Shown here in pieces: positions 48,101 to 57,687 of a stretch of 64,000 bases of DNA. Positions within the stretch are counted from its first letter, which is position 1; the number at the start of each line of letters is the position of its first letter. The translations under genes were made by a program, and so were the position numbers. A model generated the notes under the pieces. It had not been told where the DNA came from, did not search any database, and worked only from the letters and a program-made list of their open reading frames with translations. Source of the DNA: Candidatus Nanoarchaeia archaeon (GTDB taxonomy: Archaea > Nanobdellota > Nanobdellia > SCGC-AAA011-G17 > JAUYJU01); the NCBI GenBank assembly GCA_030700155.1, contig JAUYJU010000027.1, positions 5,954 to 69,953 on the forward strand, in the 5' to 3' direction.

Positions 48101-50592
48101 TCATCAGCCACGTTAACTGCACTTAAAGCCTTCTTATACTCTTCTTTATAAAAATAAGAAGCATAATTCGCTTGTAATTGTTTTTGTCTTGCAGTAGCTA
48201 TAATTTCTCTTCTATTACTCTGATCCTTCCAAGTATTCTCTAAATTTCCCTCACCAGCACTAAATCCAATCAAAAGTTTTTCCTGTTCTGTTAACTCACT
48301 CCACTGTTTCGTTTGCATAGATGAAAGCTGGCCATCAACTTTTACTTCTTGGGCCCTCATATCATTCGCTAAATGATTTTTAACAACTACTTCATCAGCA
48401 GGTTTAGCTTTTGCATTTTCAAAACTATAATAATAATCTTTGGCAAAGGCTTCATCAGTTTTAGCAAGTTCTGCAGCTACAGCATTATTTTTATAATTAC
48501 CTTTATTAATATCTTCAACTATTTTCTTAGTTCGTTCGTAATCTTCATTGTATTCTTTTATATTCTCAGAAACATATTGATCAAAACTTCCTTGATAACC
48601 AGAAGCTCTCTGCTGATTGTATTTCTCTTTCCATTCTGGATTTACTTTATTTCTAGTTATAGCTGCGGTGCTTCCAAACACACCAGAAAGCAAGTTCTTA
48701 GCAAACAAAGTTCCAAAAGTTATCAAACATAAATTAGTCCAAAATTTATGCAATTTTTCCATCTGATTAATGTACTTATCTAAATCGTTTATTATGTCAG
48801 CAGTTTTGTTAATTTCTTTTTCAATAGTACTACTAAACAGGGGAATTCCAACAGCTCTTTTCTCAACAGGAATATGTAATTTAAAATTAGTATCACTTGT
48901 TCCTCTTTTAACTTCAGGGAATACACTTAAATAAGCTATTCTCTTTAAATCTAAACTCTTTAACTGTAAATCAATTTTCTTTCCAGAAATTTCAACTTGT
49001 TTTTGATCAAATCCAACATTAATCCTAGTGTTTCCAGATTGTAACAACACATCTCTTGCTCTTATCTGCATTACTTTATAATTAGTTCCGCCTAAATCGA
49101 AAGTTGCACCAGTTTCAACGTTTTGAGATTTGCCATTGATTAAAATTTCAGCTTTAGGCTTCTTCACATCTTTAGCTCTTACAACATCAACTACACTTAT
49201 AGTGACATATTCAGTACCCAAATCACCTAAAATCTTAGTTTCAGATTTAACTTTATTCAAAGCGTTCAATTTTTCCTGTATCAAATCAGCATCTTTCATG
49301 GAAGCAGCATAATTGCTTACTAAAGTCTGCGCAGCTTCTTTTTGTTTGTTAACAAAACCTAAAGTACCATATATCTCTGCTATTTCTCTTTGAGCTTGAG
49401 CAGCTAAATTTCCACTATAACTGTCTACTTTAATATTCCTATCAGCTTCTCTGACAACTTTTTCATAATTAGCTATGGCATAGGCATAAGCTTCTCTTTG
49501 ATTAGTTGGAGTTGCCTTAAGATTAGATCTGGCTTTATTCAATAAAGTTTCAAATTGAGATTCTTCTGTTGTTTGAGTAGTCTTAACCTGTCCAAATTCA
49601 ATATTAAACTTCTCATTAGCCCCATTTATTGAATTTCTTAGTGTAACAACTGCTTTCTTATCATCAGAAGTTATATCATTAACAACCCAATCAGAATTAT
49701 CATATAATCTATCTCCTTTTATCAATCTGACAATATCAGAACCCCCTGTAACTTTCTGAACTAAGAAAACAACTTCATCTTCTTGTCCTCTAATCTGATT
49801 TAATTTTATTCTAAATCTATCATAAGCTCCACTTAATCCAGCTAGACCTTGAACTCCAGTCAAAGGACCAGAAGTTGAACCTTCACTTAATCTTATAGGT
49901 TCTCTAATTACTCTGCCTTGATTATCATACAAAAATAAAGTAGCACCATTCTCATCAATAATATGCGCTCTTAAAAATCCGCCAGAAAAACTATACTGGT
50001 CTCTTTGAGGTAGCCAATCTTGCTCAGTCAAGGCAGGCATACTCAAATCTTTTCTGCTCATAGTTATAGTTTCAGAAATATCAAAGTCAATCCTAGCTTC
50101 AACATCAATATTGATTACATCAGGAACATCATGCTCTTTAGGTATTTTTGAAATTGGAATTACTAAGTAACCAAAATTCCTATAATCAATAAAACCTTGC
50201 GCAGGAGGTAAATACCTTATTGCTCTAACATTGGGAGCTTTTTTACTCGGAGGATCAACAGAAACATTGACAGATTTAATAGCAACATTTCTTATGGCAG
50301 GGATAGTAATTGTAGGATTTGTAGGAGTTCCAATTAACGAAGCATAAACATAAACATCTTGTTCTTCCAATAAACCAGCACGTAAAACTTTAGGTTGATA
50401 AGAATCAACTTGAACTAAAATATCCTCTCCATAAGTTCCAGGCTCTTTAATACCTAACTTGGTTTCTTGCAACTCTTGCCCAAATTGTTGTAAGGTCTGT
50501 TCACCTTGAGTCTGAGCATAAACACTAGCAGAAGATATTGGTATCATAACTACCAAAAACATACAAAATAATGCATTCAATCTTTTTTTCAT
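45157..50592 (-). CDS. Very large secreted/membrane protein (1811 aa) with Cys-rich core
   Basis: Signal peptide; many Cys in the middle third; TPR-like helices. Confidence 0.75.
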   Translation of the reverse strand: MKKRLNALFCMFLVVMIPISSASVYAQTQGEQTLQQFGQELQETKLGIKEPGTYGEDILVQVDSYQPKVLRAGLLEEQDVYVYASLIGTPTNPTITIPAIRNVAIKSVNVSVDPPSKKAPNVRAIRYLPPAQGFIDYRNFGYLVIPISKIPKEHDVPDVINIDVEARIDFDISETITMSRKDLSMPALTEQDWLPQRDQYSFSGGFLRAHIIDENGATLFLYDNQGRVIREPIRLSEGSTSGPLTGVQGLAGLSGAYDRFRIKLNQIRGQEDEVVFLVQKVTGGSDIVRLIKGDRLYDNSDWVVNDITSDDKKAVVTLRNSINGANEKFNIEFGQVKTTQTTEESQFETLLNKARSNLKATPTNQREAYAYAIANYEKVVREADRNIKVDSYSGNLAAQAQREIAEIYGTLGFVNKQKEAAQTLVSNYAASMKDADLIQEKLNALNKVKSETKILGDLGTEYVTISVVDVVRAKDVKKPKAEILINGKSQNVETGATFDLGGTNYKVMQIRARDVLLQSGNTRINVGFDQKQVEISGKKIDLQLKSLDLKRIAYLSVFPEVKRGTSDTNFKLHIPVEKRAVGIPLFSSTIEKEINKTADIINDLDKYINQMEKLHKFWTNLCLITFGTLFAKNLLSGVFGSTAAITRNKVNPEWKEKYNQQRASGYQGSFDQYVSENIKEYNEDYERTKKIVEDINKGNYKNNAVAAELAKTDEAFAKDYYYSFENAKAKPADEVVVKNHLANDMRAQEVKVDGQLSSMQTKQWSELTEQEKLLIGFSAGEGNLENTWKDQSNRREIIATARQKQLQANYASYFYKEEYKKALSAVNVADDTAYADYVKGYVEAKNPALQTADGKKTKAEEEHKGQITVITEGKNDGSLDKISLDSRHYADVKYTTGGRIDSKESYVYERPYANAPMGGPGDARVGDINTVQATTDDQNLKKSLSQLPNCIAGMNNQLSRQKVESGYAIPTTANIGCSLGRYAVAKSAPIAKGPSCVEYMSAEDCKLLFNACDPVICPPTRCNLGGKWQVDNVVETGIVGSAVLCAPNWVVFGGDVVMPVCLTGILAGLQNIKSILQGYNQCLKESQLNDRSVGICDRLRSYYLCEILWREGVALLGTKEGVLGLLIDKVSGASSGGGEYSAFSTAVDSSVGAVGYFTESYAKNVFAGYAGAGFGEVGAEICKAAIFGKSPSVGDLLNSVSRPESPPQFTAFFDAVPYSDVDKFPQSLYTIFYHVYAGENEDTTYSLFMRGTPAPGKPLINPITIVSNRQIKAGEYSSENLERVMPEGFTEICIITTTKLYGTQQNCGPGKVTTDFGMNYLSEQYVKNQAAKQIRTEKECVPENYGSIKGEYQATGALGVAASTLPGIPSAGQLGIVRTCARDNPGVGTDSANWEIVGNCGTDDDGRDLGTCWLYKPSARQALQQEYSREQLDKGLYETQKKVELEGLNKSISEYALDDKTAIDKIKQAKELTTQSKFSLALENLKVVMDKSLSLDIVMVAQFEIGNTYNRWGVALTSLPTPTAKVESAYLTALRQLIFTKLMTEYGETEEDAKEVMDPTYLPDAEVEDRAKTYLGEKDFLAFKKQYEEEQEAEIQTELVEEVVGIYLKQSSDANNKMSNLLKAVGEASKRNIRYGDKAGPLAGLKIPKTNRLFSLADVQDLNGFMELLFDVGEFDSSYSYDITEDEIIIQNKVAIFEDLIEIVKADSDTLKTETHSGSGIFKYSLEETEIRGRSFTVNYYEPSNSINLEVTLDNRKWFFNSNLNGKLSSQVITPGRGNNFINELSPEIIKNLEKEYFDLIKEFVAWEKNE

Positions 50593-52568
50593 CTAATCTC
50601 CGGTTTCCTGAAATTAGGATTCTGTGAATTAGTCTTTATATTTTGTGATATCTGTCCAACTTCTTCTAAAGTATTAGGTACTTTATCTCTAAAGCTATAC
50701 AACAAAACAGTATTTCCAGTTGCTAATTGTCCAGCACTAACACTCCAATCAAAGTTAGCCCCTCCAATCAAGGCATTTGTCAATGTAGTTCCTTCAATTG
50801 TAGTAGATCTGCATTCTTTCTTAGTTGATCCGATCAAACCCAAAATTCCAGGTCTAGGAACCTCAGTACAAGTTTCAACTTGACTTGCAGGAACTTTTAT
50901 TCCTTTAGTATCTTCTAACATCACTTGTGAACTCACTGCATAAATTCCAGAAGTTAATTTAATTGTTTCAGATCCGGGCCATACTGCATTTGCAACGTAA
51001 TCATTATCTAAGTTTTGTAAAGTAAATACTATCTTTTCATTTGCAGCTAAATTTCTTACATCTCCGCTGCTTGTAATCAGTCTAACATCTAAATTTAACT
51101 CATAAATTTTATCCATAATTACAGATACTATTGAATCACTTGTAGTTGACAATTGTTCTTCTCCAATCCAATAACCTTCTCTCTCAGCCTGAACAAATCC
51201 ATTTATACATAAGGGGAATTTAGTTTCCAATCCATCATTTCCAGTAACTCCCATCTGACAAACAGTATTAATACATTTATAATTTATTCTTGCACCCTGA
51301 ACTTGGGTTAATCTTCCAGCAACATCAGGAGCTAAAGCATAAACTTTTGTGTCAACTACACCTTTATCACAAATTGGAATTTCAGTATCATAGTTATAAT
51401 CAATGCTAACTCTGTTTTCCCTTGCTTGGTTATTATCTATAATACTCATTAAACCAAATTGGAATATATAATCACCATCACTTAATATAACTACAACAGG
51501 GTATTTAATATCATAAACAAAATGATATTGATTCAAACAAAATAAACTAGCTAAATAAGCTGCTCCTGCATTCTCTAAAGTATATGGTTCTCCTCTCAAT
51601 AATTCTTTATCTTTGTGAGAAACAACTTCAATATAAGTAGGCCAGTCAGCAGAATATAAGAAATTAACTCCAACATCAGCCCCACTAACACCAGCATCAA
51701 CTTCGTAATATCTATGAGATTGATCACTTAAGATATAATCAGTATTTTCAATTTTTATGTAAGCTAAATTAGTTTCAAGTATATTCTTCAAGCTAGTTAC
51801 AACCTGAGATTTTGTCCAAGTCCTAGGACTACAATCAAAATCAACACCTGAAAATGGAATTTCATCATAAACAATCATATCATCTAAGGTTTTATTCTCT
51901 AAAAACATCTCTCTATTCTCAGTTTCAAGTATATCCAAGGCTATTTCATACAACCTTCCTAAAGGAATATCTACTTTTTCATAGAATTTTTCAAATTTAA
52001 ACTCAAAGTCCCTTAAATCTAAATCAACAGGATAATCTACAGAAACTAAAACTTGGTCGTCATCAATTTCAACACTACTTATTGGTCTTCCAGCCTGAAC
52101 AGAATATCCTTGTTCTCCAAATTGTTCATAATTAAAACATTTATTCAAATTATTATCCAAATAACTTTCTAATTCTATCTGCATTTGACTTATACTAGGC
52201 ACCTGCTCCCTTTGAATTCCAGCACTATTCTCATAATACCAGTAAGGAACTTCAGCCCCGCCACCTAATTCAACAGAATTAGAAAAAGGATTTAATGGAT
52301 TTCTTACAGTTAAATCTTCAGGAATATCAATATAACCTGATTGAGCCCCCAAAAGTCTAGCCCCTTGCTCAGCTACTTCTTTTACGCATGATTCTACATG
52401 GGTTTTTATTAACTGAGCTTGACTTGGAACACTGGCAGCTTTCTCTCTTTCCCTCTCCCATCCGGATTTTAAAACTTGAGAACTGAAAAAGTAAGCAGTA
52501 ACTACAGCCGCAACAATAACAATTCCAATAATCACAAAAACAGTAACCTGCCCCTTACTTTTTGCCAC
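50589..52568 (-). CDS. Large surface protein with class III (prepilin-type) signal peptide
   Basis: GTG start gives MAKSKG/QVTVFVIIGIVIV. Confidence 0.75.
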   Translation of the reverse strand: MAKSKGQVTVFVIIGIVIVAAVVTAYFFSSQVLKSGWEREREKAASVPSQAQLIKTHVESCVKEVAEQGARLLGAQSGYIDIPEDLTVRNPLNPFSNSVELGGGAEVPYWYYENSAGIQREQVPSISQMQIELESYLDNNLNKCFNYEQFGEQGYSVQAGRPISSVEIDDDQVLVSVDYPVDLDLRDFEFKFEKFYEKVDIPLGRLYEIALDILETENREMFLENKTLDDMIVYDEIPFSGVDFDCSPRTWTKSQVVTSLKNILETNLAYIKIENTDYILSDQSHRYYEVDAGVSGADVGVNFLYSADWPTYIEVVSHKDKELLRGEPYTLENAGAAYLASLFCLNQYHFVYDIKYPVVVILSDGDYIFQFGLMSIIDNNQARENRVSIDYNYDTEIPICDKGVVDTKVYALAPDVAGRLTQVQGARINYKCINTVCQMGVTGNDGLETKFPLCINGFVQAEREGYWIGEEQLSTTSDSIVSVIMDKIYELNLDVRLITSSGDVRNLAANEKIVFTLQNLDNDYVANAVWPGSETIKLTSGIYAVSSQVMLEDTKGIKVPASQVETCTEVPRPGILGLIGSTKKECRSTTIEGTTLTNALIGGANFDWSVSAGQLATGNTVLLYSFRDKVPNTLEEVGQISQNIKTNSQNPNFRKPEIR

Positions 52569-52698
52569 TCTTCTCCCTCCGTAACTTCTCTTCCAGGGCT
52601 TCATTAATAGTCTGCTGAATGGTCTTCCCACTAAGCGCACAAGCCACTTTCAGTTTCTTATGCAGTTCATTTTCAATTTCTACGTTGACTCTTCCCAT
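52555..52698 (-). CDS. Ribbon-helix-helix protein (47 aa)
   Basis: Manually translated: MGRVNVEIENELHKKLKVACALSGKTIQQTINEALEEKL... Confidence 0.75.
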   Translation of the reverse strand: MGRVNVEIENELHKKLKVACALSGKTIQQTINEALEEKLRREKSGKK

Positions 52699-52786
52699 TA
52701 TAAGTTATATAACCTACCTAATAAAACTAAGTAATATAACTTATTTCAAATTAATAAAGCTTTTGGTCTTAAACCAAAAATTAGAG

Positions 52787-54190
52787 TTATTTAATCTCTT
52801 CAGCAACTTGCTTATTCAGCACCTGCGCAGCTAATTTCAAGAATTCTTCCTCTTTTTCCTGTGGAATAGTAGCTCCAGCAGCTAATCTATGTCCTCCTCC
52901 TTCTCCACCAGTAGTCTTCAGAATCTTCTTAACTAATTCATTCAGATTAATATGGCTATCAGAAAATCCAGCTATCCTTGTACTAACTTTACTTTCTTCC
53001 CCCAAAGTATGCGCAACTCCAACAATAACCGTTCCATCATCATACAAATTACTTTTAGAAACAATTGAAGTCAAAGTTCCAATTAAAGTATCTCTTACTG
53101 AGTCTTCAGCATTTATCAAAACATAACCTTTGCCTTCTTTTACTTTATCAGTGCCTCTGTGATTATAAAACCATTCCAAAGACTGAATTATGTCTCTTCT
53201 ATACTGATTTAATAAATTCACAGCTTTAATTTTAAAGGTTGCGTCTCCTAAACAGGTTGCAATTCCTAAACTGGGTTTTCCCAATCTACCGCAGCAATTC
53301 AATAAAGTAGAAAATTCTCTGACATCTCTTGTTGGACTTTCATCATTTTCACCTTTTATCAAATAAATAGGACCAAATATATCTCCGGGGTTTTCTTCAC
53401 TTCCCATTCTCTTCAAAATAATTGCAGTAATTAATCTTCTCATCTCATCTTCAGTCAAATCAGACAGTCTTCTATGTTTCCCTTTGTCTTTTACTTTGAT
53501 ATTAATATCCTCTAAAAATTTTATAGCTCCTTTTTCATTACCGGTAACATTTGGGATATAAGGATTTGTACTGTATTCTAAAACTTTATACAAAGGTTTA
53601 GTTTGCATTCCAAACATTCTCAAACTTTCTTTCACTTCTAATTTAGCAAATTCAGAAGCTTCATTCATAATCAAAGAATTAACTCCATAAAATCCATTCT
53701 TCTCCTGATTATCTCCTATGGCCCCTATAATTGCTAAATGAGCCAAATCCTTATTTTCCTCATTAATAGCTTTGGCAAATAAATAACAAACACCAGCTGC
53801 GCTGATATCTTTAGCCCCATCTAAATTAAAAATATAAGGATTAATATGCACAGCAAAAATTGGTTTATAATCTTCAGGTTTATGATGGTCTAAAATAAAA
53901 ATATTTTTCCCTTTCAAAGTTTTCTCAATTGAACTTAGTAAATTAGAACCAATATCTACAAAAATTATAGTTTCATATTGTTCAATTTTAAATGTATTAA
54001 GAACTTCATTAGTTAATTGTCTTAATATAGACAAAGAAAATTTTATTCCTTCCTTGGAAAAAGCAGAAACTAAAATTGCTGCAGCTGCAATACCATCGCA
54101 ATCGTGATTGCTAACTATCTTTATTGGTTTAGTTCTATCTAAGTGGCTAAACTTCTCAGCCACCCCCCGGAAGGCCTCAATAAAATCCAT
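52787..54190 (-). CDS. RecJ-like DHH phosphoesterase
   Basis: HDCDG, DIGS, LDHH, GGGH..AAG; follows rps15 as is common in archaea. Confidence 0.92.
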   Translation of the reverse strand: MDFIEAFRGVAEKFSHLDRTKPIKIVSNHDCDGIAAAAILVSAFSKEGIKFSLSILRQLTNEVLNTFKIEQYETIIFVDIGSNLLSSIEKTLKGKNIFILDHHKPEDYKPIFAVHINPYIFNLDGAKDISAAGVCYLFAKAINEENKDLAHLAIIGAIGDNQEKNGFYGVNSLIMNEASEFAKLEVKESLRMFGMQTKPLYKVLEYSTNPYIPNVTGNEKGAIKFLEDINIKVKDKGKHRRLSDLTEDEMRRLITAIILKRMGSEENPGDIFGPIYLIKGENDESPTRDVREFSTLLNCCGRLGKPSLGIATCLGDATFKIKAVNLLNQYRRDIIQSLEWFYNHRGTDKVKEGKGYVLINAEDSVRDTLIGTLTSIVSKSNLYDDGTVIVGVAHTLGEESKVSTRIAGFSDSHINLNELVKKILKTTGGEGGGHRLAAGATIPQEKEEEFLKLAAQVLNKQVAEEIK

Positions 54191-54205
54191 CTTTTTTAAA
54201 ACTAG

Positions 54206-54664
54206 TTAAGACTCTACCAATACTTTAGCTTTAGCTCTATCATATTGCCATTCAACTGGTAGCTTGCCTTCTCTTTTATAATATTTAGCAAGTCTTAAAA
54301 TTTTACTTAATGTTAAGATCAATCCTCTTTTAACAGACTCATCTTTCTTATTAATTTCCATATGCTTCATTAATCTAATATCTTTTCTTATCAAATTTCT
54401 TACATCTTCAGGTAAGTTTGATTTTAATTTATTTTCTTCTAAAATTTGATTTATTTTCTTCTTAGTTATTGCTTTAACATCAGGTACGCCGTAAGCATCC
54501 CTTAAATTAATTCCAATTTGACTTGAAGTATTTCCAGATTTAGCTAATTTAACAACTAATTGTTCAACGGTTTTAGCATCATGAGTTACCCATGAAGGTA
54601 CAGGTCTTCCTATTGGTTTTCTACTTCCAGACTTTCCTCTTGCCCTTGAATGCATCTTTGCCAT
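54206..54664 (-). CDS. rps15: 30S ribosomal protein uS15
   Basis: MHSRARGKSGS, LRDAYGVP, PED, RLAKYYK. Confidence 0.97.
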   Translation of the reverse strand: MAKMHSRARGKSGSRKPIGRPVPSWVTHDAKTVEQLVVKLAKSGNTSSQIGINLRDAYGVPDVKAITKKKINQILEENKLKSNLPEDVRNLIRKDIRLMKHMEINKKDESVKRGLILTLSKILRLAKYYKREGKLPVEWQYDRAKAKVLVES

Positions 54665-54772
54665 TGTTTTAGTAACCTAGAATAAGCTAATATTCCAGGC
54701 ATAAGTTAGTCGAAACCGACTCATCCTTCTAGTGTAAACTAGTAACTATGTTTATAAAGGTTTTGTCCACCT

Positions 54773-54856
54773 TTATTTCATAAAATAATAGATAGCTCCT
54801 ACGACGACAACAACGATTATTGCCCATCCAAGCCATCCTAAAGCTCTTTTATTCAT
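54773..54856 (-). CDS. 27-aa single-TM microprotein (MNKRALGWLGWAIIVVVVVGAIYYFMK)
   Basis: AGGTG SD; upstream TATA-like element; basic N-terminus plus hydrophobic helix. Confidence 0.55.
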   Translation of the reverse strand: MNKRALGWLGWAIIVVVVVGAIYYFMK

Positions 54857-54895
54857 AGATTAATACACCTACTCAAGAATTTATAAAGTTATCCA

Positions 54896-54968
54896 TAGTC
54901 CCAGGCGGATTCGAACCGCCGTTACAAGGTCCAGAACCTCGTGTGCTTGGCCTCTACACTATGGGACT
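54896..54968 (-). tRNA. tRNA-Gln(CTG)
   Basis: AGTCCCA/TGGGACT acceptor; TT-CTG-GA loop; GGTTCGAATCC. Confidence 0.95.
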
Positions 54969-55018
54969 TTGATTTAAATTATGATTAAACAATTTATAAA
55001 GATTTCCAGATTAAAAAA

Positions 55019-55127
55019 TAGCCCCGCCCGGATTTGAACCGGGGTCACAGGCCCCAAAAACCCGTATCCTTGGCCGTTATCTCTGGTCATAAGGTTACCC
55101 TCAAAAACCAGTCTAGACGACGGGGCT
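55019..55127 (-). tRNA. tRNA-Gln(TTG) with a 36-nt D-loop intron (55077-55112, position 15/16)
   Basis: AGCCCCG/CGGGGCT acceptor; TT-TTG-GG loop; BHB with GUCU/AGAU helix and AGA/AAC bulges. Confidence 0.92.
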
Positions 55128-55163
55128 ATTAGACTAAATTCAAATTAAAACTACTTATAAAAC

Positions 55164-55769
55164 TTACTGCTTCTTTCCTTTATATCTTCCACGAGCATCA
55201 ACTTTTTCTAGCCTACTTAAAACTTCTTCAGCAAGTTCGTAACTTTGTTTATATCCTTTAAGAACACAATTAAAAGAATCATCAAAATGTTCATGATGTC
55301 TACTCTCCAAAGCATGTTTAAGCAAATTTAAATCAACTGCTTTATCTTCATTTTTTATAGAATTAAAACCAAGTCCAAAATCAATAAAGATTACTTTATC
55401 TCCATTAAGCATCATGTTAGAAGTAGTCAAGTCACCATGGATTATATTTTGTTTATGCAGACTTCCAACACACTTTCCAATTTCAATGCAGGTATTTTCT
55501 CTTTTTTTCTTGTCCATATAATCTAAAACATCTTTCAATAAAGGACCATCAATAAATTCCATAACTATCTTCATATCTTTTTCAGAAAAATCAATTACTT
55601 TTGGTGCATTTTCAACTTTCTTCAGTAATTTAACTTCTTGTCTAGTTCTTGATTTGCGTAGCTTATCATCAATCTCAGAAATCCTATAATCTTTTTTCAC
55701 CCTTTCTTTTACGATTGTATTTCCATCCAAAGATATAACAGCTTCAGCACCTTGTTTTAAAAATTTCAT
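55164..55769 (-). CDS. bud32: KEOPS kinase Bud32
   Basis: QGAEA, HGDLTTSN, IDFGL. Confidence 0.95.
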   Translation of the reverse strand: MKFLKQGAEAVISLDGNTIVKERVKKDYRISEIDDKLRKSRTRQEVKLLKKVENAPKVIDFSEKDMKIVMEFIDGPLLKDVLDYMDKKKRENTCIEIGKCVGSLHKQNIIHGDLTTSNMMLNGDKVIFIDFGLGFNSIKNEDKAVDLNLLKHALESRHHEHFDDSFNCVLKGYKQSYELAEEVLSRLEKVDARGRYKGKKQ

Positions 55770-57106
55770 AATTTCATTCCGCCAAACTTCTTCATAAGTT
55801 TTTCAGGATTCTTGCCTTTCATCATCTTCATCATTTTTTTACTTTGTTTATACTGTTTTAGTAATTGTCTTACTGCACCAACACTTACTCCAGCCCCTAA
55901 AGCAATCCGGTCTATTCTAGATCTTGTCAAAACATCAGGATCTTCCAGCTCCTCTTTGGTCATTGACTGCATAACAATTTTCCAGGTATCTAAACTTCCT
56001 TCCTGTTGTTCTAAAACTTCCTTGGGAATTTGTAGTTTACCAAATCCAGGTATCATCTCAATTACCTTAGTTAAGGGACCCATCTTTTTAACAGCACTTA
56101 ACTGTTCATATAAATCTAAGAAATTAAATTCCCCTTTTAGGAATTTCTTACCTAAATCTTGAGCTTGTTCTTCTGAAATAGTTTCTTTAGTTTTCTCTAA
56201 TAAGGCTTCAATATCTCCCATACCTAAAATTCTTCCAACAAAACCTTTAGGGTTAAAAGTCTCTAAATCATCTGTTCTTTCTCCAACTCCAATAAATTTA
56301 ATAGAAGCTTTAGTAGTTGCACAAGCAGTCAAAGCACCTCCTCCTTTTGCAGTACCATCCAACTTTGTAACAATAACTCCTGTAACGCCGCAGCTTTTAT
56401 GAAATTGTTCTGCTTGTTTCTGTGCAGATTGTCCAATATCTCCAGAAATAACTAACAAATTTTCATCAGGTTCTACTTCTTTATTAATAGCTTCTATTTC
56501 TTCAATTAAATCTTTACTTAAAGCGTCTCTTCCAGCTGTATCAATTATTACTAAATCAAATTTATCAAGTTCTTTTACAAATTTTTTATAAATTTTAACT
56601 GCATTTTTTTCTTTTTTATCTATGAAACAACTAACTCCTACTTTTTCAGAAACTTGTTCAAGTTGATCAGCAGCAGCAGGCCTGTAAGTGTCTAATCCTA
56701 AAGTTGCAACTTTATGCCCCCTCTTCTTATAATAATTGGCTAATTTACCGCAACTTGTGGTTTTACCACTTCCAAACAATCCAAGCATCATAATTTTAAA
56801 TGGTTTCTTTTTAGGATCAATTTTAACCTCAGATTTTTCCTCTCCTAAGAATTTAACTAATTCTTCATAAACAATATTTACTAAAAATTCTTTCTGGGTT
56901 ACTCCAGCAGGAGCTTTCTCTTTCAAAGCTCTTTCTTTGATACCTTTAGTCAATTCAAAAACTAAACTAACATTAACATCAGCAGATAATAATGCTCTTT
57001 GGATTTCCTTCACAATCTCGTCTACTAATTTCTCATTGACTAATCCAGCACCAGCTATCTTCTTCAGTACATTCTTCAATGAATTTCCTAGCTTCTCTAA
57101 GACCAT
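55766..57106 (-). CDS. srp54: Signal recognition particle protein SRP54
   Basis: GSGKTT, DTAGR, TKLDGTAKGGG, M domain. Confidence 0.97.
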   Translation of the reverse strand: MVLEKLGNSLKNVLKKIAGAGLVNEKLVDEIVKEIQRALLSADVNVSLVFELTKGIKERALKEKAPAGVTQKEFLVNIVYEELVKFLGEEKSEVKIDPKKKPFKIMMLGLFGSGKTTSCGKLANYYKKRGHKVATLGLDTYRPAAADQLEQVSEKVGVSCFIDKKEKNAVKIYKKFVKELDKFDLVIIDTAGRDALSKDLIEEIEAINKEVEPDENLLVISGDIGQSAQKQAEQFHKSCGVTGVIVTKLDGTAKGGGALTACATTKASIKFIGVGERTDDLETFNPKGFVGRILGMGDIEALLEKTKETISEEQAQDLGKKFLKGEFNFLDLYEQLSAVKKMGPLTKVIEMIPGFGKLQIPKEVLEQQEGSLDTWKIVMQSMTKEELEDPDVLTRSRIDRIALGAGVSVGAVRQLLKQYKQSKKMMKMMKGKNPEKLMKKFGGMKL

Positions 57107-57196
57107 AAGTTAGAACACGAGAAAATGCTTTATAAAGGTTACTGAGGGAAAGTTATTTAAATGATTTAAACAAACTAAATAGTAATAATTTTAGAG

Positions 57197-57646
57197 GTGA
57201 AATTAAGGGCAAAAAGAAAAACTCAAAAAAAGGACGTAAGTTCTAAAAACTTAATCACTATAATTCTTATCGTAGCAGCTGCTTTTTTAATTAGTGGCAA
57301 TGGTTTAACAGGCGCTTTTTCATGGAGTGAATTTCAAAAACAAGTATATATTCCTCCTGCACCAACTAATCCAATTATTCAACCAACAATAACTGAACCA
57401 ATAATTATTCAAGGGCCTACTACTGAACCTGGAACTACAACTACAACAACCTCTGATGGCACAACAACAACAACTACTCTATCAAGTGATGGAACAGTAA
57501 CAACAGAAAAAGTATGGTCTGATGGGTATACAATAACAATAACAACAAGTGCTGATGGTTCATCAACCGAATTCATATATAAAGATACAAATGGAAGAAT
57601 CAGGACTACTACACTGACTTCCGATGGTAAAAGTACACAATATTAA
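57197..57646 (+). CDS. Membrane-anchored Thr-rich repeat protein
   Basis: TM helix then GLTG; repeated TTTTTSDG units. Confidence 0.65.
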   Translation: MKLRAKRKTQKKDVSSKNLITIILIVAAAFLISGNGLTGAFSWSEFQKQVYIPPAPTNPIIQPTITEPIIIQGPTTEPGTTTTTTSDGTTTTTTLSSDGTVTTEKVWSDGYTITITTSADGSSTEFIYKDTNGRIRTTTLTSDGKSTQY

Positions 57647-57687
57647 ATATTGGGAGCATAAAACGTGCTCCAACTTATCTTTTTATT

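Noticed and set aside
52569-52640. Extended N-terminus of the 683-aa ORF
   Set aside because: It overlaps the RHH gene; the GTG at 52568 gives a proper class III signal peptide.
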